NCBI GenBank assembly: GCA_018813285.1
Contig: JAHJBY010000033.1
Coordinates: 3,723-67,722, forward strand
DNA: 64,000 bases
Direction: 5' to 3'
Source: Candidatus Omnitrophota bacterium
GTDB lineage: Bacteria; Omnitrophota; Gorgyraeia; Tantalellales; Tantalellaceae
Part shown: one piece after another, positions 1 through 9,346 of the stretch
Layout: each line of letters opens with the position of its first letter
How positions within the stretch are numbered: position 1 is the stretch's first letter
Notes under the pieces: generated by a model
Seen by the model: only the letters and a program-made list of their open reading frames with translations
Database searches by the model: none
Told to the model about the DNA's origin: nothing
Translations under genes and position numbers: made by a program

Positions 1-1
1 A

Positions 2-343
2 TATGATTACGTTGATTTGGATGAATTTATCGTAATGCCGAATCATGTACACGGGATAATATTGTTGACCGATAAAATTGCAAAGGGCGGCTCACGCGTT
101 GTAAAGGGCGGCTCGCGAGCCGCCCCTACGTTATGTAAACCATTGGGGCAATTGATCGGGGCATTTAAAACGGTTTCAACAAAACGAATTAACACAAACC
201 GCAACACACCCGGTATCCGACTCTGGCAACGTAATTTTTACGAACACGTCATTCGCGACGAATCTGATTTGAACCGTATTCGCGAATATATAAAAAATAA
301 TCCAATTCGATGGGGCATAAAAAAAGGGCGGGGGAATCGTTAA
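2..343 (+). CDS. REP-associated tyrosine transposase (RAYT, Y1 HUH family), 5'-truncated by window edge
   Basis: VMPNHVHGII HUH motif, GAFK, LWQRNFYEHVIR and YIKNNP motifs; frame open from position 2. Confidence 0.88.
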   Translation, partial: YDYVDLDEFIVMPNHVHGIILLTDKIAKGGSRVVKGGSRAAPTLCKPLGQLIGAFKTVSTKRINTNRNTPGIRLWQRNFYEHVIRDESDLNRIREYIKNNPIRWGIKKGRGNR

Positions 344-487
344 CGCACAACTCGTAACGCCGGACGCGCAACGCGGGACGAGATGTCGTTTCGCGTATTG
401 CGTTTCGCGGTTTGCGTTCGTTAACGCATAACGCAGGACACATAACCCGGGACGAGACGTCGTTTCGCGTCTTGCGTTTTGCGCCCC
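343..487. repeat. Two tandem copies of dispersed ~55-70 bp heptamer-built repeat (module Y)
   Basis: acgcataacgc(c/a)ggac..caacgcgggacgagatgtcgtttcgcgt recurs at ~1246, 10640, 34218, 35205, 37741. Confidence 0.85.
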
Positions 488-490
488 TCA

Positions 491-952
491 CTATTCCGTT
501 TCGACGGACACTGAAAAAGTGGTGCCCCTGACCCCGACTATCGAAGTCGGCGTCTTGACCTCGAACTTGGACTTTTCAGACTGGAGTTTCTTCGATGTTA
601 TCAGGATCTCGCCGATCGCCAGGTCAAGAAGCGTCCTCTGTGTGGCTTCATCCTTATCCTCGAAAAATTCCGCCAGTCTCATTTCGGACCTTTCTTTTAT
701 CTCGACGTTCGCCGCATCCACTCCATGGAGCTGGAGAACCACCAGCGAATCCGTCTCGGTCCGCACCCTGCAACCTTCGGTAAGTTCCATACCAAGGTTC
801 GCGGCCATCCATTGCCCGGCGTCGGGCATCTGCACTTCGGCCGTACCTTCCATTTCAACAATGGTCGCTGTCCTTTGAGTAACAGCGGCATCGGCCGCGA
901 CAGCAAATCCACACATAAGGAGCGCCATGATCGCGATTGTGAAAACTCTCAT
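491..952 (-). CDS. Secreted FecR-domain protein
   Basis: Signal peptide; FEVKTPTSIVGVRGTTFSV FecR motif; GGAGG upstream of ATG at 952. Confidence 0.8.
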   Translation of the reverse strand: MRVFTIAIMALLMCGFAVAADAAVTQRTATIVEMEGTAEVQMPDAGQWMAANLGMELTEGCRVRTETDSLVVLQLHGVDAANVEIKERSEMRLAEFFEDKDEATQRTLLDLAIGEILITSKKLQSEKSKFEVKTPTSIVGVRGTTFSVSVETE

Positions 953-1066
953 CTTACACCTCCACGTCAAACAGTTTAATTACGGTTCACTCTCTACCCG
1001 CATCTCTTACTCAAGTATACCTCATGTACCAAATATTGCAACTTTTTGATGGACTAATTACGGCTT

Positions 1067-1216
1067 TTACTTTTGTCCGTCCCTGACAAAAATAGTCTTC
1101 ACGCCTCCACCGATCCGCTTGGTATCCTCCACCATACCGTGAATGGTCGCGCCGCATCCGGTAACCAGAAACGCTGTCAGCATCAACAATACAACACCCA
1201 CAAACATTCTTTTCAT
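1067..1216 (-). CDS. Small entericidin EcnA/B-like lipoprotein (49 aa; absent from ORF track)
   Basis: MKRMFVGVVLLMLTAFLVTGCGATIHGMVEDTKRIGGGVKTIFVRDGQK; lipobox VTG-C; GGAGG upstream. Confidence 0.7.
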   Translation of the reverse strand: MKRMFVGVVLLMLTAFLVTGCGATIHGMVEDTKRIGGGVKTIFVRDGQK

Positions 1217-1239
1217 TCATTCCTCCGTGATTAGTTGCA

Positions 1240-1361
1240 GGGCGCGGATGTCGTTTCGCGTCCTGCGGTTCGCGTTAATTCACAACGTATAACGCCGGAC
1301 ACATAACGCGGGACGAGATGTCTTTTCGTTCATTTTGCGGTGTGCGGCTTCCCCGCCCTAC
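1240..1361. repeat. Module Y repeat plus REP half-site
   Basis: cacaacgtataacgccggacacataacgcgggacgagatgtc; GTAG-GGCGGGG on minus strand. Confidence 0.75.
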
Positions 1362-2344
1362 GTATCTTCAATATTCCCAACCAGTTCCTCTAAAATATCC
1401 TCGATCGTTATGATCCCCACTATCCCGCCGTCTATTTTCGTGACTATTCCCATCGGCTGCCTCTGATGCCGGAGTCGGGCAAGCGCTATATCCAGGCCAT
1501 CATCTTCTTTAACATGGATCGGATCGCGTATGAAATCATCGATCCCCCGGGTATCCACATTGGTTTCCATATCGAAAAGCACATCGTAGATATTCACTAT
1601 ACCGACGATATTGTTCTTAACGTTATCGTACACAGGTATTCGCGAAAAACCGACAAGCGCGACTATTTTTTTTAGATCGCCGACGGTTTCATGTTTGCCA
1701 GCGGAATGTACCCTGCATAAAGGGATCATGCTCCCGGAAACTGTTTTTGCGCCAAGGTCAAGCACCTTATGTATGAGCTCAAATTCATCTTTTTCCACTC
1801 CTCCTGTTTCATGACCGAAATGCAGAAGGCTTTTAAGGTCTCTTATGGTAAGATCCATATCCCACGGCCGGGCATGTTTTCTGAACGGACGCAGCAACAC
1901 GCCGGCTATCCAGTTCACGGCGGTGATCAAAGGACTAAATAACCGGTTAAAACCCTTTAGCGGAGCCATGAGGTTCAATGCCAGCTGATTGGCAAACTGG
2001 CGCGCGATGATCTTTGGTATTATTTCCGCCACCACCAGTGTAATGGGAACCATGACCGCCGTTACTATCATAGGGGAATACCGCGCGGGGAAATATTCGG
2101 CAAATACCCGCGCGGCCAAAGCGGAAGATATTATCACGGAAAGATTTGTGCCGGCGAGAGTGATCCCCAAGAATGCCCCTTTCCCGGATAAAAAAGCGTC
2201 CAGTTTCACTGCCTTCTGATCTCCCGACGCGACGAGTCCCTTGAGCTTGATCCTATTCACGGAGGTAAACGCCATCTCCCCTGCCGTAAAAAAAGCCTGG
2301 GCAGCGATCGCAAACAAAGCGGTAATGGCGTAAATGGTTATCAT
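1358..2344 (-). CDS. CNNM/DUF21-CBS domain transporter-like protein (no CorC domain)
   Basis: FFTAGEMAF, EIIPK, CBS pair, TIEDILEELVG. Confidence 0.85.
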   Translation of the reverse strand: MITIYAITALFAIAAQAFFTAGEMAFTSVNRIKLKGLVASGDQKAVKLDAFLSGKGAFLGITLAGTNLSVIISSALAARVFAEYFPARYSPMIVTAVMVPITLVVAEIIPKIIARQFANQLALNLMAPLKGFNRLFSPLITAVNWIAGVLLRPFRKHARPWDMDLTIRDLKSLLHFGHETGGVEKDEFELIHKVLDLGAKTVSGSMIPLCRVHSAGKHETVGDLKKIVALVGFSRIPVYDNVKNNIVGIVNIYDVLFDMETNVDTRGIDDFIRDPIHVKEDDGLDIALARLRHQRQPMGIVTKIDGGIVGIITIEDILEELVGNIEDT

Positions 2345-2352
2345 CCCTCTTA

Positions 2353-3582
2353 CTATGCCTCCCCTTCAATTCTTTCGATCTTCAAGCCGGTTATCCTGTT
2401 CTTTGAAACATCTCCGACTGTGAGTAGATAACCGTTTATGGTAACGCTATCCCCTGACGCGGGGATCCGTCCCAGTTTCAATATAACAAAACCGCCGACG
2501 GTGTCGACTTCGTCCGTTTTGATGCCAACACCGATCTCGTCATTTATGTCGTTTATGTGGACCCGGCCGTCCGCCTCAAATGTCTTTCTGTCGATCTTAC
2601 GTATCCTCGCGGGCTCAAAATCAAGTTCATCCGCGATCTCCCCGACTATTTCCTCGATAATGTCTTCGATAGTCACAACCCCGGAAGTAACCCCATATTC
2701 GTCGGTAACCACTGCCATATGTATCCTCTTTTTCTGCAAATTACCGAGCAGATCATCCACGCGGATACTCTCCGGGACAAAATAGGCCTTTCTCACCATT
2801 TTCTTCCGAGGTTTGGCGTTGTCAATAAGAAAATCCTTCGCGTGAACAATACCGACTATATTGTCGATATCGTGAATATACACCGGAAGCCGTGATTTCT
2901 TCGACTCCTTGATCTTGAGCGTCAATTCGTTTAGGGGTTTCGTCATATCAAGCGCCATGACATCGATCCTCGGTGTCATAATATCGGCAGCGTTCAGGTC
3001 ATTTAATTTGAGAGCGTTGTAGATCATGTCTTTTTCTTTCTCTTTTACAACTCCTCTTTTTTCTCCCACGGAAAATAAATACCTTATCTCCTGCTCTGTT
3101 ACTCGGGGTTTCTCGGATCTTATTTCAATGCCCATTGCTTTCAGTAATCCGGTCGAGATATGGTCAAGAACATACCGGAACGGAAAAAAAAGACGTTCAA
3201 AGAAACTCAGTGGGGCCGCGGCAAAAAAGGAGAACGATTCTGCTCGAGAAAAAGCGAGCATTTTGGGGGTAACCTCTCCGAATACAAGGATAAGGACCGT
3301 CATTGCCAGAATGGAGATCACAACGCCACGCTCACCAAAATACCCATAAAAACACGTCGCGAGCATAGCGCTCGCGGCTATATTCACAAATGTGTTGCCA
3401 ATGAGTATCGTTATGAGTAATTTGTGTGGATCGGACAAGAGAAAAATGACCTTTTTCGACGCGGGGTGCGGCGAATCTTCCATACGTTTGAAGCGCACCT
3501 TACCAAGCGACAAAAAAGCCGTTTCAGAACCGGAAAAAAAAGCGGAAAAACCAATACATATGGCAATGAGTAGTATTATCAC
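2353..3582 (-). CDS. Hemolysin/CorB-family DUF21-CBS-CorC protein
   Basis: FSAFFSGSETAF, FGEVTPK, DEYG..GVVTIEDIIEEIVGEI, C-terminal CorC domain. Confidence 0.9.
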   Translation of the reverse strand: MIILLIAICIGFSAFFSGSETAFLSLGKVRFKRMEDSPHPASKKVIFLLSDPHKLLITILIGNTFVNIAASAMLATCFYGYFGERGVVISILAMTVLILVFGEVTPKMLAFSRAESFSFFAAAPLSFFERLFFPFRYVLDHISTGLLKAMGIEIRSEKPRVTEQEIRYLFSVGEKRGVVKEKEKDMIYNALKLNDLNAADIMTPRIDVMALDMTKPLNELTLKIKESKKSRLPVYIHDIDNIVGIVHAKDFLIDNAKPRKKMVRKAYFVPESIRVDDLLGNLQKKRIHMAVVTDEYGVTSGVVTIEDIIEEIVGEIADELDFEPARIRKIDRKTFEADGRVHINDINDEIGVGIKTDEVDTVGGFVILKLGRIPASGDSVTINGYLLTVGDVSKNRITGLKIERIEGEA

Positions 3583-3603
3583 GATCTGTCTATGAAGTCC
3601 GTA

Positions 3604-4038
3604 TTATTTCTGTCCGCGGCTTCGTTTCGCGCGGTGCTCGCCCCCGGTTGTTTTGCCGGCTTTCATCGGCGCTTCTATTGTATCCCTGACAGCAAAACCA
3701 ACAGTATTGGCGGTTCCCTTTATCGGGGCCGTCACGATCCCGGGAGCTTTTTTGAAATCACCAGTAAGTGTCTCACCGGCCGCCTTACCGGTATCCACCA
3801 CCATGCCGGCCGCGTTCTTCGCGGCTGTGCCAACAACGTTGACAGAATCGTTAACAAGATTCGCCGGATAGTTAACAGCCGCGTCACAAACAGTTTTCAC
3901 ACCGCCACCGGCGGCTTTCGCGCCCTCTTTTAAACCACTTTCATCTTCAGGCTTTTGCGCGAAAGCAAATGGCATAATGACTCCCGCGGCAAAAAAAAGC
4001 ACAAAAACGAACACCATAGCTCTATAAATTTTAACCAT
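3604..4038 (-). CDS. Secreted Gly/Ala/Thr/Val-rich helical hypothetical protein
   Basis: Signal peptide (AFA-Q), repetitive amphipathic segments, strong AGGAGG SD. Confidence 0.7.
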   Translation of the reverse strand: MVKIYRAMVFVFVLFFAAGVIMPFAFAQKPEDESGLKEGAKAAGGGVKTVCDAAVNYPANLVNDSVNVVGTAAKNAAGMVVDTGKAAGETLTGDFKKAPGIVTAPIKGTANTVGFAVRDTIEAPMKAGKTTGGEHRAKRSRGQK

Positions 4039-4067
4039 GTTCCTCTCCTCCTTTTTTATCGTGTCTA

Positions 4068-4160
4068 TGCCTCATGCAAAACGCGTGTTTCCATCGTCAT
4101 TTCCAGGAGATTGCTTCGTTCGCTGCCGCCCTCGCAATGACGGGACGAGTCGTTTTACAG
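4068..4160. repeat. Palindromic REP/RPE-like element remnant (gagattgcttcg...ctcgcaatgac type)
   Basis: gtcatt...gagattgcttcgttcgctgccgccctcgcaatgac hairpin. Confidence 0.55.
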
Positions 4161-4691
4161 AACTTTTATCGTGTCTCCGAACCGTTTTTTTCGCATCTCG
4201 CGCTTAAACCGTCCGGCCGAAATAAAACGCGCGACCGGATTCATGTAGTCTATTATCAATTTTCCGTACAAATGATCTATCTCATGCTGGATGGCTTTCG
4301 CCTCCAATCCATCAAATTTTCCTGAAACAACATTCCCGTCCCGGTCTTTCGCGCGTATTTCTATTTCTTTCGGACGCGCCACATTCACACCGACTCCGGG
4401 GAGGCTGAGGCACCCCTCTTCCAGCGTATCCTTTTCACGAGATCTTTTAACCACCTTTGGGTTTATGAAAACTTTAAGCCCGCATCCGGCATCAACGATC
4501 ACTATGCTTAACCCTAATCCGGCCTGCGGGGCCGCCAAGCCGATACCCTGATTCTTATACATCAGATCCGCCATCGCACGCACCATCCCTCTTGTCTCCT
4601 CCGTAAAATCTTTTACGTCCACCGTTTTGGTTCGCAGGCAGGCAGCGGGATATGTCTTAAGGTCAAGCGGATCCACTATTTGCTTTTGCAT
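4155..4691 (-). CDS. def: Peptide deformylase
   Basis: GIGLAAPQ, EGCLS, QHEIDHL. Confidence 0.95.
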   Translation of the reverse strand: MQKQIVDPLDLKTYPAACLRTKTVDVKDFTEETRGMVRAMADLMYKNQGIGLAAPQAGLGLSIVIVDAGCGLKVFINPKVVKRSREKDTLEEGCLSLPGVGVNVARPKEIEIRAKDRDGNVVSGKFDGLEAKAIQHEIDHLYGKLIIDYMNPVARFISAGRFKREMRKKRFGDTIKVL

Positions 4692-5029
4692 TGGTTATTT
4701 TTAGCAAGAGAGACAAGGCGCTGCTTCTGATTGTGGCACTCCTTAGTTTCCAGGAGGCAATACGACAGGATGACAAGTTCGTCTCCTATCTCACCCTTTC
4801 TGACAGCAGGCCCGTAAAGGACAATCTTGCCTGATCTTTCCTTCTCTTCGATTACGTATGTCTCAAAACGCTCACCATTATCCATGTTCAACACCTGAAC
4901 CTGCTCGCCCGGCAGAAGATCCGCGTCCTCAAGTATAGCTTTGTCCACCCCTATACTTCCGGAGTGATGTTGAATTTTATCGGTTATAAAAGCATTCGTT
5001 ATCTTTGATTTACACAGTATTCTCAACAT
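4676..5029 (-). CDS. panD: Aspartate 1-decarboxylase (divergent)
   Basis: KSKI, G24-S25 autocleavage site, NGERFETYVI. Confidence 0.8.
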   Translation of the reverse strand: MLRILCKSKITNAFITDKIQHHSGSIGVDKAILEDADLLPGEQVQVLNMDNGERFETYVIEEKERSGKIVLYGPAVRKGEIGDELVILSYCLLETKECHNQKQRLVSLAKNNQCKSK

Positions 5030-5036
5030 GGTTCTT

Positions 5037-5399
5037 TTAACTCCCTGTTTTTTTCTCTTCTTTTCCCAAGGGCTTATAGCTGACATTTGTTAGTGAGCCG
5101 CCATCGAAATAGAGATAGAGATCTTTCGCGAGATATTCGGAGTTCACCGGAAGGCCGCTGATCCGTGCGGTGTAAAACCATTCTTCACGTGGAGCATCCC
5201 AGTCAGGGGAAGAAACCATGCTCTTGAAAGCGGGTTCACCGTACAACGAAATAACACGATCTTTGGACATACCGTGCCTCGCGGCATTAGGCCCTATCGG
5301 TTCCTTTAATATTGTTGTAGGTGTCGGAATATCCATATCCGCGCATCCGGCTAATATCCCGCACCCGACAATCAGAACGATCATCCAATGATTTTTCAA
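5037..5399 (-). CDS. SmpA/BamE-like lipoprotein
   Basis: Lipobox LAG-C; GMSKDRVISLYGEP...EEWFY...LYLYFD pattern; start codon uncertain. Confidence 0.6.
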   Translation of the reverse strand: MKNHWMIVLIVGCGILAGCADMDIPTPTTILKEPIGPNAARHGMSKDRVISLYGEPAFKSMVSSPDWDAPREEWFYTARISGLPVNSEYLAKDLYLYFDGGSLTNVSYKPLGKEEKKTGS

Positions 5400-5418
5400 T
5401 TCAACCTCCAAAAACCCG

Positions 5419-5787
5419 TTAATCAGAATGATATGACGAATCGTACAGCAGATCACACAAATACTTCAATAGCACGTTCTTCCCTTCATCCTCAATATGC
5501 GTTATTTCGAGGCCAACGTCATAAGGAGCGTTATCCTCCAGGGATGTCTTCCGCTGCCAGACGATCTTACCCTTAACGCGGATGGAATTATCCCCGGATG
5601 ACGGCAGATACATGACCAAATTAAGGATCTCTGACTTTTTGAACTCACGAGCGGTCTCAAACCTCATGCCGATCGGCGAAATGTTCCTGGTTGTAGCTTC
5701 CTCCAACCAGCCATCCCCCTCGATCTTGATCCGCATGGGCACCTCTATGCGGATAAACCTCCGTCTCTCCGGCAATTTCAGTCTCAT
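5419..5787 (-). CDS. PilZ domain protein
   Basis: ERRRFIR and NISPIG motifs. Confidence 0.85.
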   Translation of the reverse strand: MRLKLPERRRFIRIEVPMRIKIEGDGWLEEATTRNISPIGMRFETAREFKKSEILNLVMYLPSSGDNSIRVKGKIVWQRKTSLEDNAPYDVGLEITHIEDEGKNVLLKYLCDLLYDSSYHSD

Positions 5788-5879
5788 AAAACCCTTCCTC
5801 TTTTCCGAGTGAGTATAACATACAGGCGTCAAGGCGTCAATAACTCGTTATGTAAACGCCTTATTAGCGCTCCCGATGA

Positions 5880-5920
5880 TAAAAAACGAGCGATCTGTTC
5901 AATAAATCGCTCGTTTTTTA
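5880..5920 (-). terminator. Rho-independent terminator
   Basis: aaaaaacgagcgat...atcgctcgttttt hairpin after TIGR04073 gene. Confidence 0.75.
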
Positions 5921-5942
5921 CCTGCTGCTAAACGCAAACATC

Positions 5943-6314
5943 TTATTCAGTGGCCGGGGCCGGAAAATCAAAAGCCGGCGAGATCGCTGACTTGTCGTAG
6001 GCCGGGAACGGAAAGGTAACCGCATCCGCGATCCCGGAGACTGTTCGCGCAACGGTCTGGCACGCGCCTTTCAATGTCCCGAAGATCAGCCCTTGAAGCA
6101 GATTGGTCTCTTTTGTCTGGTTTATTATACCCTTGGGAAGTTCGGTCCAGCCAAGAGCCATGTTCCCGATACCCCTTCCCAGTTTCTGCATGGGACCCGC
6201 GGGATATTGGCTTTCCTGACCAGCTACCTCAGCCACCGGTTTCTCAAGCGCGAACACGGCGGTACAGGTAAACGCGAAAGCTACCACAAGGATAAGCACC
6301 AAAAATTTCTTCAT
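5943..6314 (-). CDS. TIGR04073-family (putative exosortase-associated) secreted protein
   Basis: Signal peptide; KLGRGIGNMALGWTELPK...G..D.VTFPFP. Confidence 0.8.
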   Translation of the reverse strand: MKKFLVLILVVAFAFTCTAVFALEKPVAEVAGQESQYPAGPMQKLGRGIGNMALGWTELPKGIINQTKETNLLQGLIFGTLKGACQTVARTVSGIADAVTFPFPAYDKSAISPAFDFPAPATE

Positions 6315-6476
6315 CGTACACCCTCCTTTTTATTATTAGTGAGGCCTCATGCAAACGCGTAAGGCGATAAATTTAAACCATAGGATGTCTTTTCTTATGA
6401 AAATATAGCATATGTGTTGATGTAAGTCAACTCGCCACGATAAAAATGTCACGATAAAAATATATCTCCCCGTCCA

Positions 6477-8237
6477 TCATTTTCCTGAAGCCTCATCAGG
6501 AAGATTCTTTTTTATCCATCCACTTACAAGACGCGGTATCTCCGGGTTAACCCTAAAACGCCATTTTTTATCATACCATTCCATGTCCCCCATATGCGCG
6601 CCAAGCGAGCGGAATACCGCTATTTTCACGTTTTGCTTTTCAGAGAACATGGACTTCAGTTTATCATCAAGCCCCGAGTAAAAATTTGTGTCGTCCTTTC
6701 CAAAAACTACCAAAAGAGGCTTTTCGGACGCTACGATCTCGGCATACGGTTTTCGTAACAAATATTCGCGATACGCCTTAACCGGTAATTCTTTGCGCAT
6801 AAAAAAAACGATGTCATCCCCCGACTTCCTTACATTTTCCATCTGGTTTTGAACAAGATCATTAATGGTCTTTATGTAGCCGGGGTCAAACTGCCCGAGA
6901 TCGGCTGCTTTGACATAAGCGTAGATATATTTTTCTCCCGCGTCACGCCCCGCGCCATCCCCGGAGAACGTTGCAGGTAGCCCCAGAATAACTGAGCCGG
7001 CGACCGAGATCTCTTTCCTGGCGGCTTTGGCCGCGAGGTATCCGCCTCCTCGAAAACCTACCAGTGAAATATTATCCTTCGCGACAAGTGGATGTTTTCC
7101 GACAAAAGCAAACGCCGCTCTGATATTTTCGAGGTGCCTCTCGTCGTCCAGCTCCCTAAAAACCCCCTGGCTCTTTCCCTGCCCGGGATCGTCAAAATTG
7201 AAGACGGCTATGCCCTTCGCGCAAAAGGCCTCGGCAATCGATCCCAACAAAGATTCTTCACCACGCGTAACCGGCCCGTCGTCTGAAACAAAAACAACAG
7301 CCGGAAAAGGGCCATCTCCTTCAGGCACCATCAGACATCCGGAAAGCAGCGATCCTCCGCTTTCAAAAAAAACATTTTCCCGTTTAACCTTTTTTGCCAG
7401 TTCGGACAAAGCCGCTTTCGCCGCGCCGCGCGCCGCCGGGGCGGCCGTGTCAGATTGAACAGGAATAAACTCTCGCGCGAACTGATTGATTAATTTTTCT
7501 ATCTTACCGGGCAATTCCGTAAGGATGGCCCTGCTTTTCATTTTGGGTATTTCCACAGAAACCAGCGCGTGAGCATACTTTGTCATATCTACGATCGCTT
7601 CCGGGATCCCATCTCCGGCTACGATAAAACGTTCAGTCTCTATCCTTTTTCCCATTACCGGCACATACGCGTCCTCTGTATACCTCACCTCTATCTTGCC
7701 TCGCAAAACCGGAATAGGCGCATCAACAGGTATCATCACTTCAAAAAACTGCACCCCTTTCCGCCAATAGTGGTATTGATCCATTACAGGCATATACAGC
7801 ATTACATTGTACGGTGAGAACAGTGTGGTCTTTTCTCCTGTCACTAATCCTTTGAGTTCAAGGAACGCGGGAGGACGCAGGTATAACATATCTGTCTCGC
7901 CGCCGGCCTGATTTATGGAAATTGACCGAACCGCCCCTTTTCGTCCCATTGCCTCATCATAATACCTCACCGGAAGAAGGGTTTTTCTTTTTAGATAGAG
8001 CTCCTGCCGCTCGAAAGGATACCCGAGGCCACCCGAACGATCTTCCGCGCCCTTGTAGATCACCTTGTCTTCTGTAACATACCTGTCTATCCTGACGGTG
8101 CCATACAAGTGACCGGAAGAGTATAATTCATAGTTAAACGTTTGATGGCTCGTAACGGAGATGTACACGAACGCCAGAACAACAAGCGCCGCTATAAGCA
8201 ACACTGATATGGTAAACAATACGGTGAATCTCTTCAT
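6477..8237 (-). CDS. Membrane-anchored alpha/beta-hydrolase-fold protein, nucleophile motif degenerate
   Basis: N-terminal TM; GPFPAVVFV, FDDPGQGKSQG, ISLVGFRGGG in place of GxSxGG. Confidence 0.7.
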   Translation of the reverse strand: MKRFTVLFTISVLLIAALVVLAFVYISVTSHQTFNYELYSSGHLYGTVRIDRYVTEDKVIYKGAEDRSGGLGYPFERQELYLKRKTLLPVRYYDEAMGRKGAVRSISINQAGGETDMLYLRPPAFLELKGLVTGEKTTLFSPYNVMLYMPVMDQYHYWRKGVQFFEVMIPVDAPIPVLRGKIEVRYTEDAYVPVMGKRIETERFIVAGDGIPEAIVDMTKYAHALVSVEIPKMKSRAILTELPGKIEKLINQFAREFIPVQSDTAAPAARGAAKAALSELAKKVKRENVFFESGGSLLSGCLMVPEGDGPFPAVVFVSDDGPVTRGEESLLGSIAEAFCAKGIAVFNFDDPGQGKSQGVFRELDDERHLENIRAAFAFVGKHPLVAKDNISLVGFRGGGYLAAKAARKEISVAGSVILGLPATFSGDGAGRDAGEKYIYAYVKAADLGQFDPGYIKTINDLVQNQMENVRKSGDDIVFFMRKELPVKAYREYLLRKPYAEIVASEKPLLVVFGKDDTNFYSGLDDKLKSMFSEKQNVKIAVFRSLGAHMGDMEWYDKKWRFRVNPEIPRLVSGWIKKNLPDEASGK

Positions 8238-8812
8238 GATACGCTCAATTCACGAACCGATATGTCAAATTGTATATTTTCGCCCCGTCCCTTCTTCGCG
8301 AAAACACCTTTTGTGTGTATCTGCTCCAATATCGCGGATGGACAGTTTCCGATGGCGTGTCGAAACGACATGTACTCTCCGGCCGCCAGCACCGCACCCT
8401 TTCTCTTCCTGCCTGAAAAAAAGGGAGACCGGCTCAAAACATCCCGGTCGAGAGGATAAAACCAGTCACGGTAGATCACAAACCCATCCGGACGTGAAAA
8501 TACCACCTCCAGCATCATTGAAGTTATTGTCTTGCCGGAATTATTTCTTATCTTCCCATCAAGCACCGGCATACCTTCAGGCATCCCGGATGCCCCGTCA
8601 TCTTCACCCGGTTTAACTGCCGCGTTGTATATCACAATTTCGTCCCTCCACATCCCGGCGGTCACTTTGCGCAGAAAACTCTGGTATTGCGCGGCGCCGG
8701 CATCTTCTTTCCATTGGAGGTAAATGCCATATCCGATCAGTACCGATAACATAACCACCACGACAATAAAGGAGGAAAAAAGAATAACTTTGAAGTGCTT
8801 GTTTTTGATCAT
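8234..8812 (-). CDS. Membrane-anchored hypothetical protein
   Basis: N-terminal TM; GKIRNNSGKTI beta-sandwich-like region; ATGA overlap with next gene. Confidence 0.65.
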   Translation of the reverse strand: MIKNKHFKVILFSSFIVVVVMLSVLIGYGIYLQWKEDAGAAQYQSFLRKVTAGMWRDEIVIYNAAVKPGEDDGASGMPEGMPVLDGKIRNNSGKTITSMMLEVVFSRPDGFVIYRDWFYPLDRDVLSRSPFFSGRKRKGAVLAAGEYMSFRHAIGNCPSAILEQIHTKGVFAKKGRGENIQFDISVRELSVS

Positions 8813-8822
8813 TATCCCTCTA

Positions 8823-9338
8823 TCAAACTTTTCTGTAAAGTTCTCGAACTTTATTAAAATACGATATCAATTCTGCCTGAGCGTAATCCGGATATGTCCA
8901 CGGCCACGATCGAAAACTTCCGTCCCGATAAAACAATGTACTCTCGGCAAATATCCCTTTACCCACGTATATTCTGTGCGAGTAATCTTTCGTCGTTAAG
9001 AGAACCATTTTAGCTTCGGTAACGTACCCGGGATCTATATTCACATTCCGCTTTTCATTTATCCGGGTTCGATCCTCTATTCGATTTGTGACACGTTTAA
9101 CATTACAAACATCGATAAGATCGATCGTTTTCTTAAAACAGATCAGTTTTCGCCGCAGGGGCCGGCCAAACTCCGGATAGTAGTAATCCGTAAAATCAAA
9201 AGATCCGCGCCAAACAACAAATTCGATCTTACCGTATTTTTTTTCAAGTTTCCGCTCCGTATTTTCAAGGATCCCTTCGTCCCTGAAAATAATACTCGTG
9301 AATAATTTAACCGGTTTTTGTTTGAGTTCGGCACCCAT
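8823..9338 (-). CDS. DUF4416 family protein
   Basis: FDFTDYY..EFG, RNVNIDPGY, TTKDYSHRIY, WTYPDY. Confidence 0.85.
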   Translation of the reverse strand: MGAELKQKPVKLFTSIIFRDEGILENTERKLEKKYGKIEFVVWRGSFDFTDYYYPEFGRPLRRKLICFKKTIDLIDVCNVKRVTNRIEDRTRINEKRNVNIDPGYVTEAKMVLLTTKDYSHRIYVGKGIFAESTLFYRDGSFRSWPWTYPDYAQAELISYFNKVRELYRKV

Positions 9339-9346
9339 AGTGGTCT

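Noticed and set aside
1011-1220. 69-aa ORF from the track
   Set aside because: Overlapping frame 1067..1216 gives a convincing lipoprotein
4068-4090. sigma54 promoter from TTGCA
   Set aside because: No GG at the required distance in either copy
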